From contig NZ_SNUY01000014.1 in NCBI RefSeq assembly GCF_004376175.1, positions 1 through 32,000 on the forward strand: DNA of 32,000 bases, given 5' to 3'. Every line of letters begins with the position of its first letter. The first letter of the stretch is position 1. Of the stretch, positions 18,926-28,100 are shown one piece after another. The position numbers and the translations under genes are program-made. A model generated the notes under the pieces. The model made no database searches and was not told the origin of the DNA. It was given only the letters and a program-made list of their open reading frames with translations. The DNA comes from Halalkalibacterium halodurans. GTDB taxonomy: Bacteria > Bacillota > Bacilli > Bacillales > Bacillaceae_D.

Positions 18926-21900
18926 ATGAGTACGATGGAAGGATACCCATTATCACCTCAACAAAAAAAAGTATGGGAATTACAGAATAAGATAGATAAG
19001 CCATTGTATCATCTCGCATCTTTTCAACTGTCTGGGGAGTTAGACTTGTTTAAATTACGAGAAAGCATGAAGCAAGTACTAAATCGCCACGAAATACTTC
19101 GTACAAGCTTTAATAAAATTGAAGGGATGCACTATCCCGTACAAAGGATTCATGATGAAACGGACGTACGTCTTTCAAGTCGGAGTATTGAGGAAGTACA
19201 GCAGGAAAGGAATGCGAAGGAGATATTAAGTACGTATACAGATGAAACAATCAATCAAATTCTTGATATAGAGAATGGCAGTCCTGTTTACGTAGAGGTG
19301 ATCAAACAAAGTGAAGAAACGCATAAAATTGTATTGTGCTGCTCTGCTTTGAACGCTGATGCTACAACCTTACAAAGCGTCTTGCAGGAAACAATACATT
19401 TATATAGTAAGCAAGAATCACGTTCAGAAGATGATATTGTTCAGTATGTAGACTATTCAGATTGGCAAGAAGAGCTATTTGAAACGGAGAAAACAATTGA
19501 GGATAATAAGCAAAACGTTCAACAGAAGGCGTTACCTTATGAAGCGCAAGACTTGGAATGGCCTAGCGGTAAAAATCGTGCTTCTATCCAGGTTTCCGTC
19601 GACATTTACTCAAAAATGCAAGCGTTAGCGCATGAATGGAATGTTCCTTTGCTTACACTTTTACTCACCAGTTGGAGCATGTACTTATCAAAACTGGTAA
19701 ATGGTGATGTCAATCTAGGAATAACAATAGATGGAAGAAGAAATTATGAAGAATTAAAGAATGGAATGGGTCCGTACGCAAAATTAATGAAGCTTATTAC
19801 ACCAGAAATAGAGGAGAAAGCAACGTTTAAGGAGTATGTTGCGATCATCCAAGACCGTTTCGTACAGTTGGCAGATGCTGTTGAGTACTTGGATCCAACT
19901 TCAACTCTAAAAGAGAAGAGGATTCTACCATATCAGATCCAGTACGTGAAAGGTGTAAACTATGAGCATGGGAACTTGAGCTGCTTTTCTGAAGAAATAT
20001 ACTCGGGGGAGGATACGTATAAGTTAAAGCTCAGCATTTTAGATAGCGAGTCAGTTATGAACATCGGTATTCAATATGATGATGCCATATATAAAGCAGA
20101 AGATATTCAAACGGTCATTAGGCATTTTCTACACTTCTTAGAGGAGTGTCTAGACGATTGGAACAGACCATTTTCTGAGCTAAAGTATCAATCGAAAGAA
20201 GAAGAGAAGGAGATTCTATCAAGTACGAGCACTTCAAGTGCTACATACCCTTCGGAGGACATCCTAAGTCATACAAAAAACATTTTGCAACACCTTAAAG
20301 AGAGTATAACTCTTCATGCTCATAAAGTGGCAATTGAGGAAGGCTCACTTACATTATCGTACAAGGATATTGATGAAAAATCGAATCAAATGGCCCAGTT
20401 TATTAAATCTTTTAATATTATGCCTGAAGAGCGTATTGCGATGTGCCTACCGAGAAGTGTGAATGCAATCATAAGTATGCTAGCAATACTCAAGTCAGGA
20501 GCTAGCTTTGTACCTATTGATCCTAAGTGGCCAGTGGAAAGAATTCAATATGTCCTTCAAGATAGTGGGGCTAAGTTGATAGTTGTACAAAATCGAGAAT
20601 CAATGGATCCAGCATTTTCTCCAGGGGTACCACTGATAGATATAGAGCATGATGAAGAGAAGATCAATCAGTATGAAACGGGACAAGAGCTGCCATTAAA
20701 CAATATTGAATCTAATCAACTTGCTTATATGATGTACACGTCAGGATCTACTGGCTTACCTAAAGGGGTGGGAATCGAACACGGTGGGCTTTTGAATTAC
20801 ATATTATGGTTTAAACGCCAATTTTCGGAGGATTTGAACATGCCGTTTATCTCTGAGTTCGGCTTTGATGCTTTTCTAAAGCAAGTGTTTTGCCCCCTAA
20901 CGTTAGGGAATAAAATCACGATTTTCACAGAAGAGGAAGTACTAGATACAAATAAGCTAGTAGCAAAGTTAATCAATACGAATATGAACGCACTTAACTG
21001 TGTACCGTCCTTATGGGAAGTGGTTCTACAAGAAATCCAGCAAAAAGAAGACTTGTTAAGGAATCTGCGTCGTCAACTAAGAACGTTACTTGTAGGAGGG
21101 GAACAAGTTTCAGTTTCATTTATTCAGAGAACGAAGGACATGCTACCTGAAGTAGACATCGTAAATCTTTATGGACCGACTGAAGCAACATCAAATGCAA
21201 CATTTGCAAGGTTAACGCATCCTTACCTCATTACCATCGGCCAACCAATCGCCAACATAGAAGTGGCTGTCTTAAATGAAAAGCTAGAACAAGTTGCAGT
21301 CGATGAAATTGGTGAACTGTATATTGGTGGAACAGGTATTGCTAGAGGTTATATCAACAAGGCGAAGCTTACGGCAACTCAGTTCATCCCGCATCCATAC
21401 TCAGATGTGCCAGGTATGCGACTGTATAAGACAGGTGATCTTGTTCGTATTCGCCCGAATAGACAAATAGAGTTTATAGGGCGGCGGGATTCACAAATGA
21501 AGATCAATGGTAAGCGTGTAGATGCGAGAGAGATCGAATACACGTATGCACAACATCCACTTTTAGAAAGCGTAGTTGTGTTACCTATTGAAGAAGAAAA
21601 GACCCTCGTAGCGTTTTATGTGCAACAGGGTACAGCACTGACACAGGAAGAATTGAGAACATACGGGCAAAAACGATTACCTCAATATATGATTCCTCAT
21701 TCATTTGTCAGAGTGGATATGATGCCACTAAATAATAGTGGAAAAACGGATCACCGAACGTTACAAAGCATCTATCGTGAAGCATCAAGAAAGGAGTATA
21801 TAGCGCCGCGTAACAAGACAGAACAAGCAGTATCAGAAATATGGAGAGAGGTGCTGAAAGTTGAGAGAGTAGGGATGAGAGATAATTTCTTTGAACTGGG

Positions 21901-22099
21901 AGGTCATTCTCTAAATGCTACCCAATTGATTTCAAGATTGAGAAGGATTTATAGGGTAGATATCCCGATCAGTCTAATATTCGAGACGGAGACGGTTGAA
22001 CGATTATGTGAAGAGATAGAGATGACTCTTTCCCAAAAACACCATATTGAAGAGATATCAGCTGCATATCTTAAAGCTAAGGCTTTGGCAATAAAATAA
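18926..22099 (+). CDS. Non-ribosomal peptide synthetase 3: catalytically His-less C-like (interface-type) domain-A-T
   Basis: ATG 18926 lies 6 nt after AAGGGGGA; ATG 18920 is also possible. The C fold is recognisable (YPLSPQQKKVW, RHEILRTSF, YVDYSDWQ). At the HHxxxDG position it reads SALNADA (nt 19343-19363).
- A: LAYMMYTSGSTGLPKG, NLYGPTE, YKTGDLV, SGKTDHR.
- T: FFELGGHSL. Confidence 0.9.
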   Translation: MSTMEGYPLSPQQKKVWELQNKIDKPLYHLASFQLSGELDLFKLRESMKQVLNRHEILRTSFNKIEGMHYPVQRIHDETDVRLSSRSIEEVQQERNAKEILSTYTDETINQILDIENGSPVYVEVIKQSEETHKIVLCCSALNADATTLQSVLQETIHLYSKQESRSEDDIVQYVDYSDWQEELFETEKTIEDNKQNVQQKALPYEAQDLEWPSGKNRASIQVSVDIYSKMQALAHEWNVPLLTLLLTSWSMYLSKLVNGDVNLGITIDGRRNYEELKNGMGPYAKLMKLITPEIEEKATFKEYVAIIQDRFVQLADAVEYLDPTSTLKEKRILPYQIQYVKGVNYEHGNLSCFSEEIYSGEDTYKLKLSILDSESVMNIGIQYDDAIYKAEDIQTVIRHFLHFLEECLDDWNRPFSELKYQSKEEEKEILSSTSTSSATYPSEDILSHTKNILQHLKESITLHAHKVAIEEGSLTLSYKDIDEKSNQMAQFIKSFNIMPEERIAMCLPRSVNAIISMLAILKSGASFVPIDPKWPVERIQYVLQDSGAKLIVVQNRESMDPAFSPGVPLIDIEHDEEKINQYETGQELPLNNIESNQLAYMMYTSGSTGLPKGVGIEHGGLLNYILWFKRQFSEDLNMPFISEFGFDAFLKQVFCPLTLGNKITIFTEEEVLDTNKLVAKLINTNMNALNCVPSLWEVVLQEIQQKEDLLRNLRRQLRTLLVGGEQVSVSFIQRTKDMLPEVDIVNLYGPTEATSNATFARLTHPYLITIGQPIANIEVAVLNEKLEQVAVDEIGELYIGGTGIARGYINKAKLTATQFIPHPYSDVPGMRLYKTGDLVRIRPNRQIEFIGRRDSQMKINGKRVDAREIEYTYAQHPLLESVVVLPIEEEKTLVAFYVQQGTALTQEELRTYGQKRLPQYMIPHSFVRVDMMPLNNSGKTDHRTLQSIYREASRKEYIAPRNKTEQAVSEIWREVLKVERVGMRDNFFELGGHSLNATQLISRLRRIYRVDIPISLIFETETVERLCEEIEMTLSQKHHIEEISAAYLKAKALAIK

Positions 22100-22123
22100 G
22101 GTGATATAAGTAGGTGAATGTAT

Positions 22124-25100
22124 ATGAGCTTTTCAAAAGAAATGGAAATTCTTGATCAGCTATTAAAAGATGAAGGTGAAAGTGATCGTATCCCAAGAAG
22201 AACTAATCGAGCAGAATACCCTTTATCATTTGCCCAAGAGCGGCTTTGGTTTATCCAGCAGTTAGATCATCACAGTGCAGCGTACAATATCCCCTTAGCG
22301 ATTAGATTGGCTGGTGCTCTTGATACAGAAAAATTGGAACGCTGTTTTAATAAGGTCATTGAAAGGCACGAGGTGCTACGTGCAACATTTAAGAAAGAAA
22401 ATGGGAAAGCGAATCAGCATATTATTTCAGCCCAGTATTATCCTATTTCTTTACACGATTTAAGTACACTCTCTTATGCTGAAAGAGAGAATGAGGCCAG
22501 AAGTGTTGCTCAGAAATTAGCCTGTAAACCGTTTGACTTGAGTGAAGGGCCTTTATTCCGTATTCAATTAATAAAATTACAAGCGAATGAACATATCCTC
22601 GTTCTGATCATGCATCATATCGTATCAGATGGTTGGTCTACAGGAGTGTTGATTAATGAACTGACTAAGCTGTATCATGCGAATGAAGAAGAATGGAATG
22701 AGATACTCCCAGACCTATCTATCACATATTCTGACTATGCAGCTTGGCAGAGAAAAAAATATGAAAACGGTGATTATCAGAAGCAACTGGAATACTGGAA
22801 AAAGATAATAGGAACAGAATCGACGAAGCTTGCACTTCCTTATGATTTCCCTAAAGCGAATGCGGCTAGTCAATATGGTGATGTTGAGTGCTTCACAGTT
22901 CCGTTGTCGGTGACAAAAGCGGTTAAGCACACGAGCCAAAAGCTAGGAGTATCAGCTTTTACAATCTTACTTTCCGCATACTATCTATTCTTATTTCGGT
23001 ACTGCAACCAAAAAGAAATAATAGTGGGAACACCTGTGGCGAATCGTAACCAGTTTGAAACTGAGTCACTTATTGGCTGTATTGCGAACACGATTCCATT
23101 AAAAATGAATGTTGAAAGCGATTCTACTGTGAAGGATTTCATTGCAGAAGTAAGTCGTACAACATTAGAAGCTTATCAGAATCAGGATGTTCCTTTCGAG
23201 AAAATAGTAGATGAGCTTAAAGCTGAACGTACACTATATCAATCACCAATATTTGAAACGATGTTTACATTTCAAAATCAACATCGAAACTTAATCACTT
23301 TAGATCGGAGCATAGAGACACAACCGTACCACTTACAGTTAGATGCAAGCAAGTTTGATTTATCCTTATCAATCATGGAAGTGGATGGAGAATATGACTG
23401 TGTATTTGAATATCGAACAGAGCTTTTCAGGCAAGATTCAATTAAACGGATGGCCAGTAACTTTATTTGTATATTAGAAGGAATGGTAGATGAGCCATTA
23501 AATACGATTCATACGCTTCAGTATATGGATCAAGAAGAGCAGAAACTAATGAGTGTAGCATCGTCCTTAGTCTATAAAAAGGGAGATATGATTTTTCAGC
23601 GCTTTGAGCATCAGGTGCTACAGAACCCTGATGTGATCGCAGTTGATGACGGTAAGCAAAGGCTATCGTATGCGGAATTAAACAATAAATCCAACAAGTT
23701 AGCTAGATATTTGCGGAGAAATGGTGTAAATACAGAAGCGAAAGTACTCATTCAATTGGACCGTTCAATAGATTTAATCATTGCAATTTTAGGTGTATTA
23801 AAAGCAGGTGGGACCTACATACCCGTTGACCCAGAGCAACCTGCTGAAAGAACAAAGTATATCATCAACGACGCTAAATGCGAGTATATGCTTACAAAAT
23901 CAAAATATATGAAAGATAACCAGCTGGAATTGGATCAACGAATCCTGTATATAGACCTGCATGATCAGAGGTGGTTAAAAGAGGAAGAAAAGAATTTAGC
24001 ATCTGTAGGAATGTCACCTGATCAAGTCGCTTATATGATCTACACATCAGGTTCAACCGGGAAGCCAAAAGGAGTGTGTAATACACATTACAATGTCATC
24101 CGCTTGTTTGATAGCGCTGAACAACATTTTGATTTTGGCCGTGATGATGTCTGGACCCTCTTTCACTCTATAGCGTTTGATTTCTCGGTGTGGGAGATGT
24201 GGGGGGCCCTACTTAATGGTGGAAAACTCATGATTGTACCGCATGAGCTACGTAGAAATCCTGAAGCATTTTACAAATTCATGAGTGAAAATCGTGTTAC
24301 TGTTTTAAATCAGACACCTTCTGCATTTAAAGTAATTGTTCGGTTGGCGAAGCACACTCAGCATCCTCTGTTTCTTAAGTACGTTATTTTCGGAGGAGAA
24401 GCATTAGATTATCAAGACTTGACAGCATGGTTTGAATATCATGGCGAAAAAACAAAAATGATTAACATGTATGGCATCACAGAGACAACGGTTCATGTCA
24501 CCTATAGGGAGGTGAAGAAGTCAGATGTAACTGGAAATCAAGGTAGCTTCATAGGACAACCTTTAAATGATCTTACCATTTATATATTGAATGAGGACTT
24601 ACTTCCAACACCAATTGGCGTTCCTGGAGAAATTTATGTGAGTGGAGCAGGCTTAGCGAGGGGATATTTTAATCGTCCCTCCCTTACTGCGGAGCGCTAT
24701 ATCCCCAACCCATTCAAATCCGGTGGACAAAGGCTATACCGTACAGGGGATATTGCCAAGCGAACGGTGAACGGAGACATAGAATATCTAGGTAGATCGG
24801 ACGACCAAGTAAAGGTTAAAGGGCACAGGATTGAATTAGGGGAAATAAAAGCCACTATTGCAGAGGATCACAGGGTAGAAGATTGTGTGGTTTTAGTGGG
24901 ATCGAACAGTAGGAATGAAAAGGAGCTTGCAGCTTTTATTACGTTTAAGCAAAAGGAAGAAACTGAAGAACAGGTACGAGAATTACGCAATCATTTAATT
25001 GATAAGTTGCCGAGATACATGTATCCAGCTCATATTATAGCTGTTGACACTATACCGATGAATGCAAATGGAAAGGTTAACAAAGAGCAATTATTGACTC

Positions 25101-28100
25101 TACGTACTGAAAGCGCTGCTTCTCAAGGAGGTAGGCCACAAACAAAGACTGAAAAAGAGTTGGTTGCCGTCTGGGAAAAAGTATTAGGAAGAAATGGTAT
25201 AGGGATACATGATAATTATTTCTCACTCGGTGGAGACTCGATAAGGAGTGTTCAAGTCATATCTGAGCTACAAGAAATGGGATATGAACTTGAAGTAAAA
25301 GACATGTTCCTTAACCAAACGGTTAAAGAATTGGCAGAATACTTGGAACAGAGCGAAAGTCGTACAACAACGTATAGGCGTACAAAGCCATTTGAACTCA
25401 TTTCAGATAAAGATCGGTCAGCGTTAAGCGAGGCAATAGAAGATGCGTATCCACTTACAAAGCTACAAGAAGGGATGCTTTTCCACATGGAACAGTTTCC
25501 TAATCAACCGATTTATCACAACATCGATAGTGTGCGACTGGAGGGTGCATTAAATATTGACCTATTTAATGAAGCGGTAGCAAGCGTTGTGGAAAACAAT
25601 GTAATGTTACGTACCTCCTTTGACATGTATTCATATTCCGTACCATTACAACTTGTACACAAAAAAGCAAAGCTACCTGTTGGTTATCAAGACATTAGAC
25701 ATTTATCCGAACAAGAGCAGGAGCGAGTCATTGATGAGTATGTTGAACAAGAAAAAATGAATAAGTTCGATTTAAATAAACCGAGTCTGTTAAGGTTCTA
25801 TATTCACCAGCGAACGGCCGAGACATTTCAATTCACGCTTACAGAGTGTCATCTAATATTTGATGGGTGGAGCTTAACATCAACGCTTAGTGAAATCTTT
25901 GACCTATACTTTGATCTGCTTGAAAATAAACGTCAAATGACGGAAAGCAAGGAACTGAATGTACGGTTTAGTGATTTCATACGCTTAGAACAGGAATCGA
26001 TAAATAGTGAGGAACAGCAAGAGTTTTGGAAGAGCTACCTTGACGATTGCCAACTACTAAAATTTAATCATTTGACCCCTGAAACAAAGCATGAATCAGT
26101 GGAAATCCATAGAAGAATCGTTTCATTACCACAGACTGTTAAGAAAAAGTTAAAGCAAATAGCTGCAGATCATAGCGTGACGTTAAAAAGTATGGTATTA
26201 GCCGCTCATATTAAAGCTTTGCAGGTTATTTCAGGGCAATCCGATGTCTTGACTGGGTTGGTTTCAAACGGAAGGATGGAAGTGAAGGATGGGGAGAAAG
26301 TAAAGGGACTATTTCTAAACACACTTCCATTAAGACAGAGAGTGCAACAGGGTACGTGGATCGACTTTATTCATCAAACATTCAAGATGGAACAACAGAT
26401 CCTGCCGTACAGGAGATACCCGTTGCCCGAGATACAGAAAACTGTAGGACAATCTCCATTATTTGAAACAGCGTTTAACTACGTTTACTTTCATTCAATG
26501 GAGCACTTGTTTCAATCGAAAAAGCTTAAGTTTATTGACTTTAATAAAAACTCAGCAAATGATACCCATTTTTCGTTAATGGCTAACTTTGCTGTACATC
26601 CACCACATTACGATATTCAGTTAACTTTAGCTTTTGATCGGAATCGTTTTTCAGAAGAAAAGATGGACTCTGTTGCTGATATCTATCGTAATATCCTAAT
26701 ACAAATCGCTTCTGATCCTTTGATAAATCATAACAACCGTTCCTATCTAGCTGACCAGGAATATAAAAAGGCAGTGTACAAATGGAATGAAACTGATAGA
26801 GGATATGCTGAAAGTGGTTTGACGATTCAACAATTGATCGCCAAGCAAGTTAAACGGACACCAGAACATCCTGCGGTAGTGTTTCAATCGGAGAAGATGA
26901 CTTATGCAGAGCTAAATCAAAAAGCTGATCAGGTTGCTCAGTTTTTAAAGGCACAAGGAATCTCAAATAACGCTTTTGTTGGTGTATATCTTGAACGATC
27001 CTTAGAGATGATGGTTGCATTATTAGGGATTCTTAAAGCAGGATGTGCTTATGTACCATTGGACACATCCTATCCAGAAGAACGAATCAAGTATATGATA
27101 GCTGATGCTGGTGTTGAGTGTATCCTTACAGTGAAACATCAACTAAACAATATTTTGAGCATGAGTAATGATACACCGCAGGACTGTTATGACATACTCG
27201 AAATTCTTAGTGCCCAAGAAAAGCAACCAAGTTCTGATTTTGAGTATCATAGGGGATCAACAGAGGATATTGCTTATATGATTTATACGTCTGGATCAAC
27301 AGGAAATCCAAAAGGGGTAATGATTCCACACAAAGGGATTGTAAACCGTCTTCTGTGGATGCAAGAGGAGTATCAGTTAAACAAGGAGGATCGAGTGCTT
27401 CAAAAAACACCTTTAAGCTTCGATGTTTCTGTATGGGAGTTATTTTGGCCACTGATTACAGGTGCAAGCTTAGTCATCGCTAAGCCTGAAGGTCATAAAG
27501 ATAGCTACTATTTAGCAAAGCTAATTAAAGAAGAACAGATCACCACTTTACATTTTGTACCTACAATGCTGCAAGAATTTCTGAATGAAAAAGAATCAGA
27601 GAACTGTACAAGCTTAAAAAGGGTGATTTGTAGTGGTGAGGCTCTTGCCCCAGAACTGAAAGATCGCTTCTATAAAGCATTAAATTCACACCTGCATAAT
27701 TTATACGGCCCTACAGAGGCATCGGTAGATGTGAGTTATTACGCCTGTAAACAAGAGGATTCTTCAGTTTGGATCGGAAAACCGATTGCGAATATACAGC
27801 TCTATGTTCTAAACAAGGATTTGCAACCTGTAGGGGTAGATAGAATAGGAGAGCTGTTTATCAGCGGCATAGGATTAGCGACAGGATATGCGAACAAGCC
27901 TAGTTTAACTGCAGAGAAATTTATACCGAATCCTTTTTCAAAAAAACAAGGCATGAGAATGTATAGCACAGGGGACCTAGTACGCTTATTACCAGACGGA
28001 AATATCGAATACATTGGTAGAAAAGACAGCCAAGTAAAAATCCGTGGAGTAAGGATTGAGTTAAAGGAAATCGAGTCTGCAATGAGAAGCCATCATCATA

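Noticed and set aside
25447-25600. Dual epimerisation/condensation (E/C) domain call for the C domain after the Thr module
   Set aside because: The additional N-terminal HH[I/L]xxxxGD motif described for dual E/C domains is not visible. Only the atypical features are reported.
8973-27316. Recurring near-identical ~45-nt stretches (TACACxTCAGGxTCxACxGG...CCxAAxGG) seen five times
   Set aside because: These encode the conserved A3 core motif (YTSGSTGxPKG) of five paralogous adenylation domains. They are not a repeat array or CRISPR.
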